From positions 985 through 64,984 of the forward strand of contig JBAZCS010000001.1 of the NCBI GenBank assembly GCA_041654855.1: a stretch of DNA of 64,000 bases, read 5' to 3'. The notes beneath the pieces were generated by a model, which was not told the DNA's origin, searched no databases, and worked only from the letters and a program-made list of their open reading frames with translations. This DNA is from Bacilli bacterium. Lineage in GTDB: Bacteria > Bacillota_I > Bacilli_A > RFN20 > CAG-826. Below, in pieces: positions 54,582-62,891 of this stretch. A program made the position numbers and the translations under genes. Positions within the stretch are counted from its first letter, which is position 1. Every line of letters begins with the position of its first letter.

Positions 54582-55170
54582 GAAATTATTAAAAGCGTTA
54601 GCACTACTTTGTATTATAAGTGGATTAGCGCTTATTTTTTGGCTCCGAAATTATTTAATATATGGAATGTTAATTGTTGTGGGCATAGGCTTATATTATT
54701 TTTCGACAAAAAAAGATGAAACAAAAGATAACTTAAATATCGCTAATTTTATTAATGTTTTTACGCATTTTCGGGTCGCTCTTGATAGTGATGCGAATGT
54801 CTTTAATGCTTTAAGCGCTAGTTTAGAGTTAACAAGCGGACGGATGCATGAAGAATTAGAGCGGCTTATTAGCGCCATTAATAAAGATCATAGTGTCACC
54901 CCCTTTATTACTTTTGCAAAAAAATATAATCACCGCTTTGTTACCCACATCATGATTAATATTTATATGCTTATTAATCACGGTCTTGATCCGAAAAGAC
55001 TTTGGCAATTTAACTATTTATTTGAAACATTACTGAAAGAATATAACGACGCTGAAATAAGCAAGCATCAAAATAGTTATGACCGCTTTGATTTAAGCCT
55101 CTTTCTCGGTAGTGGCATTATGATGTTTACGATTATGGGCAGCATTCTTTCGCTTTTAGGAGGAGCGTAA
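54571..55170 (+). CDS. Polytopic membrane protein, TadC-like (single T2SS-F-like domain).
   Basis: FTHFRVALDSDANVFNALSASLELTSG resembles the GspF-family conserved helix. TM helices at both ends. 199 aa. Confidence 0.45.
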   Translation: MSLKKLLKALALLCIISGLALIFWLRNYLIYGMLIVVGIGLYYFSTKKDETKDNLNIANFINVFTHFRVALDSDANVFNALSASLELTSGRMHEELERLISAINKDHSVTPFITFAKKYNHRFVTHIMINIYMLINHGLDPKRLWQFNYLFETLLKEYNDAEISKHQNSYDRFDLSLFLGSGIMMFTIMGSILSLLGGA

Positions 55171-55508
55171 TGAGTAATATATTTGGGTTAATGTATTCTT
55201 TTATCTTAATATTACCGACTATTCTTTTCGGTGTTGATGTAACGCGCATCAGCACTATTCGCACATACTTAGAAGCTCGAGCAACGGTTGTAAGTTACCA
55301 AATAAGTAAAGAAGGGGGCATCAAACAAAGCTTAATCAATAGCTTAGAAGAAGAAGGGATTACGATTGAATGCAGCGGTGAATGCACTTATATAAGTATG
55401 GGGGAAACAATAAGTTTTCGTTTAGTCCGTACGTATACACCGATGATTTTACAAAAGGAAGAAATGGAAGTAAAAGTTACAAGAGTTGTAATCGTCGGTT
55501 ATTTATAA
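55170..55508 (+). CDS. Small N-terminally anchored protein, TadE/pseudopilin-like.
   Basis: 112 aa. N-terminal TM helix followed by a beta-rich domain. Coupled start (ATG overlaps the upstream TAA). Confidence 0.35.
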   Translation: MSNIFGLMYSFILILPTILFGVDVTRISTIRTYLEARATVVSYQISKEGGIKQSLINSLEEEGITIECSGECTYISMGETISFRLVRTYTPMILQKEEMEVKVTRVVIVGYL

Positions 55509-55523
55509 AAGAAAGGAGGAGCT

Positions 55524-55673
55524 ATGTCAGAATTAAAAGGACAACTATTTGGCATTATCTTAGTTATCTTAATGTCAGTCGCCATTGGTGGCGCGATTAA
55601 AGCCGTCGTCAACAATAATGTGCAATCCATTAATAGCCAAGAATCAGCCGCTAATAGTGCGATGGGTTTTTAA
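55524..55673 (+). CDS. 49-aa pilin-like peptide (Flp/archaeal-type class III signal candidate). Not in the supplied ORF track.
   Basis: Strong GAAAGGAGGAG RBS 3 nt before the ATG. MSELKG-QLFGIILVILMSVAIGGAIKAVVNNNVQSINSQESAANSAMGF. Charged leader, KGQ, hydrophobic helix, then an N/S/Q-rich tail, as in Flp pilins. Confidence 0.4.
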   Translation: MSELKGQLFGIILVILMSVAIGGAIKAVVNNNVQSINSQESAANSAMGF

Positions 55674-55762
55674 TACCCTTTTTAAACGGGTTAAGGCGCT
55701 TAATCACTTTTTATTGAAATATCGTTTGTTATTTGCTAAAATCTCTTTCTAGAGGTACATTT

Positions 55763-55990
55763 ATGACAAATTTAGCACGTATTGAACAAATATTCACCGA
55801 AATCTTAAAGGTTGAAAAGATTGAACCAAGCATGGAATTAAAATCACTTGGCCTTGATAGCCTTGATTTAGTCGAAGTAATGATGAAACTTGAAGAAGAG
55901 TTCTCAATCGAATTTACGAACGATGAAATGCTTAGTTTTACGACTGTTGGTGACGTTCTTGCCGATATTGAGAAAAAACTTAACAAATAA
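55763..55990 (+). CDS. acpP: Acyl carrier protein.
   Basis: LGLDSLDLVE phosphopantetheine-attachment motif. About 75 aa. AGAGG RBS. Confidence 0.75.
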   Translation: MTNLARIEQIFTEILKVEKIEPSMELKSLGLDSLDLVEVMMKLEEEFSIEFTNDEMLSFTTVGDVLADIEKKLNK

Positions 55991-56053
55991 CAATGATTGT
56001 TATTGCCTTCGATTAGGAAATATGGTATTCTACTACTTGCCTAATCGTTACAG

Positions 56054-56128
56054 GCCTAGTTAGCTCAGCGGCAGAGCAATCGGCTGTTAACCGATCGGTC
56101 GTAGGTTCAAATCCTACACTAGGCGCCA
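56054..56128 (+). tRNA. tRNA-Asn (anticodon GTT), CCA encoded.
   Basis: Acceptor GCCTAGT/ACTAGGC. D-arm GCTC/GAGC. Anticodon stem ATCGG/CCGAT with loop CTGTTAA. T-arm GTAGG-TTCAAAT-CCTAC. Discriminator G then CCA. Confidence 0.85.
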
Positions 56129-56129
56129 T

Positions 56130-56206
56130 GGCCCGTTGGAGAAGCGGTTTAACTCACATGCCTTTCACGCATGCATTCATGGGTTCGAATCCCGTACGGG
56201 TCACCA
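56130..56206 (+). tRNA. tRNA-Glu (anticodon TTC), CCA encoded.
   Basis: Acceptor GGCCCGT/ACGGGTC (one G-U pair). Anticodon stem CATGC/GCATG with loop CTTTCAC. T-arm ATGGG-TTCGAAT-CCCGT. Closely resembles Bacillus tRNA-Glu. Confidence 0.8.
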
Positions 56207-56217
56207 GCTAAAAAAAT

Positions 56218-56248
56218 ACGCCTTGATTATATAGTCAGGGCGTTTTTC
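56218..56248 (+). terminator. Rho-independent terminator after the tRNA-Asn/tRNA-Glu pair.
   Basis: 9-bp stem ACGCCTTGA/TCAGGGCGT (one G-U pair), loop TTATATAG, then TTTTTCTTT. Confidence 0.55.
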
Positions 56249-56334
56249 TTTATAAAATGGCAAAAAAAGTAATTTTTGATGTAATATGTGTAAATAGATA
56301 AATTAAAATTAACTGATTTGAAGGAGGGGATAAA

Positions 56335-56865
56335 ATGAATGTAAGATTAATAAAATTAACAAAAGAATATTATTTCCAATTAGCTGAAATGATTGATGAA
56401 TGGCAGTTAGATCAAGAAGTTAATAATACCAATCGCTCTCCTTGGGCTATATTTAAAAATGATTATCATGATTTTGATAATTATTTAGAAAACTTAGAGT
56501 TAAAGGAACCAAAAGAAGGATTGGTTCCTGATTCGGTGTTTTTCTTGCTTGATGTGGATAGAAACATCTTGCTAGGAGCTGTAAATATTAGGCATTATTT
56601 AAATGATTATCTCTTACAGTATGCTGGACACATTGGAGATGGAATTAGACCTTCGGAACGCAGAAAAGGATACGCTACTGAGATGATTCGTTTATCATTA
56701 ATTGAATGTAGAAAATTAGGGATTTCTAGAGTATTAATGGTATGTGATAAATCTAATATTGCATCTGCTAAATCAATAATCAAAAATGGTGGAATATTAG
56801 AAAATGAATTTTTTGATGCAAATGGAAAAATACAACAAAGATTCTGGATTAACTTAGAGAACTAA
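56335..56865 (+). CDS. GNAT-family N-acetyltransferase.
   Basis: Acetyl-CoA-binding-like motif around RRKGYATEMIRLSL...GISRVLMVCD. 176 aa. By eye, a very AT-rich gene. Confidence 0.7.
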   Translation: MNVRLIKLTKEYYFQLAEMIDEWQLDQEVNNTNRSPWAIFKNDYHDFDNYLENLELKEPKEGLVPDSVFFLLDVDRNILLGAVNIRHYLNDYLLQYAGHIGDGIRPSERRKGYATEMIRLSLIECRKLGISRVLMVCDKSNIASAKSIIKNGGILENEFFDANGKIQQRFWINLEN

Positions 56866-57244
56866 ATTTCAAATTTACGAGTAGTGTAGGGCGCTGCAAA
56901 ACGACTTCTAGGGTATGCCCTTTCACTCTCAGGGTATGAAAAAGTTAACGATTTATCTAAAAGACCTTTGTTTAAATCAAAAATCCTTGTTGATAAATAT
57001 AGGCGCCGATACTATAAACGATTCAATTAGAACAAAGTTTTTACCATAATAAATCCAATAAGTAAGAAAAGACGGCAAACAATAGCAGTTTTTTGTTTGA
57101 TTAAGTTATTAATATCTTTCAATTAAAAGATTTTTCCCTCTTTCTGGAAAGCGATGAACAATGTTCTATTAGATAGGAAAACCACAAATAGTGATGACTT
57201 AATTGATATAATAAACAAAAGATTGAGAGGAAGGAAGCTTTATC

Positions 57245-57748
57245 ATGCCTTTAAAATTTAAGATTGGTGATATCACTAAATTAGAAGTAGACGCAATTGT
57301 TAACGCTGCTAATGAAAGTTTACTTGGTGGTGGCGGTGTTGATGGGGCAATCCACCGCGCTGCAGGTCCGAAGTTACGTGAATATAATAAAACCCTTGGT
57401 GGGTGTAAAGTAAGCGAAGCTAAGCTATCGCCGGGCTTTGATCTACCGGCTAAATATGTCATTTCGGTTGTCGGCCCAGTATATTACGGTGGCGGTCATA
57501 ATGAAGAAGAACTACTCTATAACACTTACCAAAACGCCCTTAAGTTAGCTGTAGAAAATGAGATTAAAAGCGTCGCATTCCCGCTTATTTCTGCAGGTGT
57601 ATATGGCTATCCGATTAAAGAAGCAATCCGGGTAGCGATTACCGCCATTAATGATTTCTTAAAAGAGCACGAACTAGAGGTAACCCTTGTGTTTTTCGAT
57701 CAAGCGGCAATTAATCATTTAAAAGACCTTTCTATTACCATTGAATGA
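57245..57748 (+). CDS. Macro-domain protein (O-acetyl-ADP-ribose deacetylase / ADP-ribose-binding, YmdB/MacroD-like).
   Basis: IGDITKLEVDAIVNAANESLLGGGGVDGAIHRAAG is the canonical macro-domain N-terminal motif. 167 aa. Visibly GC-richer than its neighbours. Confidence 0.85.
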   Translation: MPLKFKIGDITKLEVDAIVNAANESLLGGGGVDGAIHRAAGPKLREYNKTLGGCKVSEAKLSPGFDLPAKYVISVVGPVYYGGGHNEEELLYNTYQNALKLAVENEIKSVAFPLISAGVYGYPIKEAIRVAITAINDFLKEHELEVTLVFFDQAAINHLKDLSITIE

Positions 57749-57911
57749 GTGCAACATAGCAAAATACTGTTGCTAAACGATAATTATTCTTCAAGATTAC
57801 TAAGATAATTTTTAAATTCGCTATTATTCCGCTAATCGATAAACGTTATTCCGTTATTTCTTATATTATTCCGATAAAATGTTATAATCTAGGAGAAAGG
57901 AGAACCTTTTT

Positions 57912-58802
57912 ATGTATATCACAGTTAAAGAAGCTGCCGTAAAATGGCGTATATCCGAGCGTAGAGTAAGGATCTTATGCGCACAAGGGAAAATACTAGG
58001 TGCTCACCAGGAAGGAAGAGCTTGGAAAATCCCATATGATGCAATAAAACCTGCTGATGGTCGATACAAAAAGACCAAATCACTTCTTCCTATAATAGAA
58101 GAAAAAGTGGCTTCTTTAAAACTAAGAAGACCTTTAACAGAAAGTGAATTAGAACGATTAAATGAACAATTTTTAACCGACTTTACATATAACTCGAATG
58201 GTATTGAAGGAAATACAATGTCCTTACGGGAAACGGACATGGTTCTTCGGGGCCTTACAATTGCTCATAAGTCATTAAAAGAACACTTGGAAGTAATTGG
58301 GCATAAGGAAGCATTTGATTATATAAAAGAACTTGCAAAAAAAGATGCTGTTCTTTCTGAAAAGATAATTAAGGATATTCACTATTTAGTTTTAGCGGAC
58401 AAAAAAGAAGATCGCGGAATATATCGAAGAATTCCCGTTCTTATTGCTGGAACAATGCACGAGCCGACTAAACCTTATTTAATAGATGGCAAAATAAAAG
58501 AACTATTAACGAAATATAATAAGAGTAATGAAGACACTATTTCTAAAATAGCGCGTTTTCATCTTGAATTTGAATCGATTCACCCATTTATTGATGGAAA
58601 TGGAAGAACTGGTAGATTAATAATGAATTTAGAACTCATGAAAAAAGGCTATCCACCAATAGGAATTAATATCACTGACAAATTAAGATACTACAAGGCC
58701 TTTGATGAATTTCATTTAAAAGGTGATATTTCTGTAATGACCGACATCATCGCAACATATTTAAATCAAAGACTTGATTTTTATTTATCTATTTTGGATT
58801 AG
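57912..58802 (+). CDS. Fic-family protein (AMPylase/adenylyltransferase) with an N-terminal excisionase-type HTH.
   Basis: Fic motif HPFIDGNGRTGR. Upstream inhibitory-helix-like SNGIEGN (S-x-x-x-E-G). N-terminal MYITVKEAAVKWRISERRVRIL HTH. Confidence 0.85.
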   Translation: MYITVKEAAVKWRISERRVRILCAQGKILGAHQEGRAWKIPYDAIKPADGRYKKTKSLLPIIEEKVASLKLRRPLTESELERLNEQFLTDFTYNSNGIEGNTMSLRETDMVLRGLTIAHKSLKEHLEVIGHKEAFDYIKELAKKDAVLSEKIIKDIHYLVLADKKEDRGIYRRIPVLIAGTMHEPTKPYLIDGKIKELLTKYNKSNEDTISKIARFHLEFESIHPFIDGNGRTGRLIMNLELMKKGYPPIGINITDKLRYYKAFDEFHLKGDISVMTDIIATYLNQRLDFYLSILD

Positions 58803-58978
58803 TATTAACTTACAAGAGGTTGCCAGCAAGAAACATCATTTTTCGTTTTCTATATGTCAAATTCAAATAACGTCTAAAATATATGCTGTTTTATATTTAT
58901 AAATGGAAAAAAAGTAATAAATATGTAATTATATTAATACTTGTTTTTTATTGCACTTAATGAGAGGGGGGACTTATT

Positions 58979-59956
58979 ATGGAGCGAGTAAAGGCGTTAC
59001 AGAAAAAATATAAAATCGATCTTTTATATGACGTTTTCTTAAGGGAGAGTGATTCACTTTTCTTTATCATTGAAGGCGTTAAAGATACGACAACGAAACC
59101 TTTAATACCCCTTTTTGGTGACTGCTCACTTTTTAACATTAGTTGCGATGCGACGACTTTAGAAGATATTATTAGTAAAATCGACCAAAAAAGTGAAATA
59201 TGTGATATTTTAGGCTTTAAAGAATATGTTACGGAATTAAAACGCGAATTAGACGCTGATCAAACAAAAACGGTGTTATATTTTCCGCTTGTTATTGATG
59301 GCGTTAAACATTATTTAGAATTGAAAGCCTTTAAATTCTTTGAACAAGGAGTAACGATTATTTTATTTAACCCCGTTGACCTTAAAAAAGTCAATTTAGA
59401 AATGCTTTATTTTGAATCATATAAAGATAGCTTAACTGGTTTATTTAATTACAACACCCTATTATTACATTTAAGTAAAGCATATGGTGATCATTTCTTT
59501 GGCTTTATTGATTTAGACCATTTTAAATTAATTAACGATACGTATGGTCATAATCGGGGCGATGAAGTTTTAGCACTGGTCGGTAAAAAACTTATAGAAA
59601 TCGCTGATGAACACGTTATTATGTATCGTAAAAGTGGCGATGAATTTATTTTCATGACTATTGATTTAGATAAAGAAAAAACGATGGCACTAGTTAAAAA
59701 GATTCAAGAAGTTATCCGCTCCATCCATTTACCAGCGTTAAAGACTGATTGTTCGATTGGGGTTGTCGAATATAAAGATAATAATGGCCTTTATGATGTT
59801 TATGACGCCATCGCCCTTGCCGATATTGCCATGTATATGTCAAAGAAAAATGGTCGCGGCCAAGTAACACATATTGATGAAGACGAGGTACGAAGTATTG
59901 TCGCTTTTGGTCCGCTAGAAGAAACTTCAGATTCACTCAAGTCTAAAGGTTGCTAA
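58979..59956 (+). CDS. GGDEF-domain protein (diguanylate cyclase family) with SGDEF active-site variant and an uncharacterised N-terminal domain.
   Basis: LTGLFNYNTLL...FIDLDHFKLINDTYGHNRGDEVL...YRKSGDEF. No RxxD I-site upstream of the SGDEF motif. Confidence 0.8.
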   Translation: MERVKALQKKYKIDLLYDVFLRESDSLFFIIEGVKDTTTKPLIPLFGDCSLFNISCDATTLEDIISKIDQKSEICDILGFKEYVTELKRELDADQTKTVLYFPLVIDGVKHYLELKAFKFFEQGVTIILFNPVDLKKVNLEMLYFESYKDSLTGLFNYNTLLLHLSKAYGDHFFGFIDLDHFKLINDTYGHNRGDEVLALVGKKLIEIADEHVIMYRKSGDEFIFMTIDLDKEKTMALVKKIQEVIRSIHLPALKTDCSIGVVEYKDNNGLYDVYDAIALADIAMYMSKKNGRGQVTHIDEDEVRSIVAFGPLEETSDSLKSKGC

Positions 59957-59957
59957 T

Positions 59958-60770
59958 ATGGAAATCATTAAATATATTATATTAGGTATCGTGCAAGGAG
60001 TAACGGAAATCTTTCCCGTTAGCTCAAGTGGCCATTTAGTCATCTTTCAAGCACTTTTTGGGCTTGAACAACCAGGTTTAGTGTTCGAAATGTTTACAAA
60101 CATGGCGTCTTTTCTCGCTTTATTTGTTCTTTTCGCCGAGGATATCATAAAGTTAATCAAAGGCTTTTTCCTATACATTTTCACGAAAAACAAAGAAGAG
60201 CATAAAGACACTTTTCTTTATGTCATTAAGCTTTTAGTCGCGGTCATCCCGCTTGGGATTGTCGGCTTTATTTTTAAAGATCATATGGGACAAATTAAAA
60301 ACCTTTTAACAGTAGGGATTGCTCTTTTTATTACGGGTGCTCTTTTACTTACAATCTTTTTTACCCGTAATAAGATAGAAGATCATGATGATATTACCTT
60401 TAAAGACGCATTAGCAATTGGCTTTACGCAAGCGTTTGCTGTTTTCCCCGGTATTTCCCGAAGTGGGTCAACGATTATTGGCGGTAGAGCAAGTCGCGTC
60501 TCACTTAAAAGTATTTTAAAGTTTTCCTTTTTAGCCTATATCATTATTAGTGTCCCGACAAGTATTCTCGGTATTTTCGATTTAGCGACGACGAGTGAAA
60601 CGATAAACTGGTGGGGTTATAGTCTTGCCTTTATCTTTACTTTTGGAGCGACATTATTAACCGGCTTTTTAGTGATGCGCAAACTAAAGGTTGAACATTT
60701 AATTTATTTTGGCATTTATTGCCTTGTTGTTGGCGTAATCGCCTTTAGTGCATTTTTTATTATTTCATAA
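59958..60770 (+). CDS. uppP: Undecaprenyl-diphosphatase (BacA/UppP).
   Basis: N-terminal GIVQGVTEIFPVSSSGHL motif. Eight TM segments. PGISRSGSTIIGG motif. Confidence 0.9.
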   Translation: MEIIKYIILGIVQGVTEIFPVSSSGHLVIFQALFGLEQPGLVFEMFTNMASFLALFVLFAEDIIKLIKGFFLYIFTKNKEEHKDTFLYVIKLLVAVIPLGIVGFIFKDHMGQIKNLLTVGIALFITGALLLTIFFTRNKIEDHDDITFKDALAIGFTQAFAVFPGISRSGSTIIGGRASRVSLKSILKFSFLAYIIISVPTSILGIFDLATTSETINWWGYSLAFIFTFGATLLTGFLVMRKLKVEHLIYFGIYCLVVGVIAFSAFFIIS

Positions 60771-61169
60771 TTATTAAATAATTATTTTTTAAAAAAATGA
60801 TAATTACTATATAAAAGCAATTCTCGTCAGTGTTAAACATAATGTCTTTGGGTCCCCGTTTGCAATCTCTTATCTTAGCTTTAACGAGGAGCAAGATACT
60901 TATTTATGGCAAGAACATTATGCCTACTTAGTGTATGCGATTAACTTCGCTAGTGAAACACCAATTAGTAAACTATTAGAAGTAAGACACCCAGCGACAG
61001 TTACGACAAGAAACAGTGTAAAACGGGCAATCATTATTGAAGGGTACACATACTTTTTCAGTGATAACTACGTCAGTCTTTATAACTTAGCGACCAAAGA
61101 GTTAAGTGCACCGCTTAGTTTCTAAAGGGTAAAGTACCTTAATTTCTTATTAAAAAACGTTATGCACAT

Positions 61170-61194
61170 AAAGGGGGTTCAACCCCCTTTTTTG
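61170..61194 (+). terminator. Rho-independent terminator upstream of the bcp promoter region.
   Basis: GGGGGTT-CAA-CCCCC hairpin followed by TTTTTT. Confidence 0.6.
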
Positions 61195-61221
61195 CTACAA
61201 TAAAAGAGAAGGAGAAACATT

Positions 61222-61680
61222 ATGTTAAAAGTAAAAGATTTAGCACCACTTTTTAGTCTTAAAAGTCAAAAAGGCGAAGTCGTTAATTTAAAAGACTATC
61301 GCGGACAAAAAGTTATTATATATTTCTATCCTCAAGACTTCACTGGAGGATGTACTCTACAAGCGAAGGACTTTGCAAAGAATTATGACGAATTTGCAAA
61401 GCTTGGGTATAAAGTATTTGGTATTTCTAAAGATAGCGTCGAATCGCATTTATCATTTTGCACGGCCTATGATTTACCGTTTACCTTACTTAGTGACCCA
61501 ACGCGTGAAGTTATTAAAGCCTATGGTGTTTTCCAAGAAACGGTATGGTATGGTGATATAGGGGTCGACACTCGTCGTTCCACCTTTGTCATAGATGAAG
61601 AAGGCTATATTAGTCATGTTTTCCTCGATGTTGATCCGAAAACAAGTACCTTAGCCTTACTCGAACTTTTGAAAAAATAA
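61222..61680 (+). CDS. bcp: Thiol peroxidase Bcp (peroxiredoxin Q type).
   Basis: FYPQDFTGGCTLQAKDF peroxidatic-Cys motif. 152 aa. AGGAGAAACATT RBS. Confidence 0.85.
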   Translation: MLKVKDLAPLFSLKSQKGEVVNLKDYRGQKVIIYFYPQDFTGGCTLQAKDFAKNYDEFAKLGYKVFGISKDSVESHLSFCTAYDLPFTLLSDPTREVIKAYGVFQETVWYGDIGVDTRRSTFVIDEEGYISHVFLDVDPKTSTLALLELLKK

Positions 61681-61697
61681 ACGGAAACGAGGTTCTT

Positions 61698-62891
61698 ATG
61701 CGCAAACTATTTGATCGAACCTATCAAGGTATTTTCTATTTGGTCCGACCGTTTTTGCCGTGGCGCGAACCTAAATTACTGACGTCTTACGCTCAATTGG
61801 CGATCCTTTTAAAAGAAAAAGAGCTAAAGAACCCACTTATTGTCATTGATGAAAATATTATGAAATTAGGGCTTCACACTCCGCTTGAAGAAGCTCTAAA
61901 AGAGGCAAACCTAAATTACGTCTTTTTCTTTGACGTTACGCCAAACCCCACAGTAGCCCAAGTTGAAAAAGCGCGAGCAATGTATATTGAAGAAGGATGT
62001 GACACCTTGATTGGCTTTGGCGGCGGTAGTCCGCTTGATGTTGCAAAAGCAGTTGGCGCTTTAATTGTTCGTCCGAAAAAGAGTCTTGATAAACTAGGGG
62101 GCATTTTAAAAGTAAGAAGAAAACTACCCTTATTAATAGCGATTCCGACAACCGCTGGTACGGGCAGTGAAGCAACGCTAGCTGCCGTTATCACTAATAG
62201 TGAAACAAAACGAAAATATGCGATTAATGATCACGCTTTAATCCCGCATTTTGCTTTACTTGAACCTAGTTTGACATATGGTTTACCGCCCCTTTTAACG
62301 GCGACGACCGGCATGGACGCTTTAACGCACGCAGTTGAAGCTTATACGAATAATGGTGGCACAAAGTTTACGAATAAAAAGGCGGTTAATGCGGTAAAAC
62401 TTGTGTTTGCAAATATTGAAAAAGCCTACTTTGAACCGCGCAATGAAAAGGCACGCTATAACATGCAAATTGCTGCTTATGATGCAGGTGTCGCTTTTAC
62501 ACGTAATTATGTTGGTTACGTTCACGCCTTAAGTCATCCTTTAAGTGCATTCTACGGTCTTCCGCATGGCTACGTAAATGCGCTTATTTTACCGTACATG
62601 CTTAAAAAGTATGATAAAAAAGTTCATAAAAAACTAGCGAGACTTGCTCGTTTAAGTGAAGTCGCTAATGGGGAAAGTGATAGTGAAATTGCTAATAATT
62701 TCATCCTCGAAATCGAAAGATTAAATAAGGTCTTTAATATTAGAAGAAGGATTCCCGAAATTAAAGATGAAGACATTCCGCTTTTAGCAAAATACGCCAA
62801 TAAAGAGGCGCGGCCTTTATATCCGACGCCTTTAATATATAGTAATAAAGAACTCGAAGGTTTCTATAAAGAATTACAAGGAGGCTATTAA
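61698..62891 (+). CDS. Iron-containing (group III) alcohol dehydrogenase.
   Basis: GGGSPLDVAKAV NAD-binding motif and the His-rich metal site (HALSHP...HG). 397 aa. Confidence 0.85.
   Translation: MRKLFDRTYQGIFYLVRPFLPWREPKLLTSYAQLAILLKEKELKNPLIVIDENIMKLGLHTPLEEALKEANLNYVFFFDVTPNPTVAQVEKARAMYIEEGCDTLIGFGGGSPLDVAKAVGALIVRPKKSLDKLGGILKVRRKLPLLIAIPTTAGTGSEATLAAVITNSETKRKYAINDHALIPHFALLEPSLTYGLPPLLTATTGMDALTHAVEAYTNNGGTKFTNKKAVNAVKLVFANIEKAYFEPRNEKARYNMQIAAYDAGVAFTRNYVGYVHALSHPLSAFYGLPHGYVNALILPYMLKKYDKKVHKKLARLARLSEVANGESDSEIANNFILEIERLNKVFNIRRRIPEIKDEDIPLLAKYANKEARPLYPTPLIYSNKELEGFYKELQGGY

Noticed and set aside
57199-57462. Minus-strand 87-aa ORF overlapping the macro-domain gene start.
   Set aside because: It overlaps the strongly supported macro-domain CDS, whose N-terminal motif is canonical. 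Pro/Ser-rich antisense translation of a GC-rich stretch.
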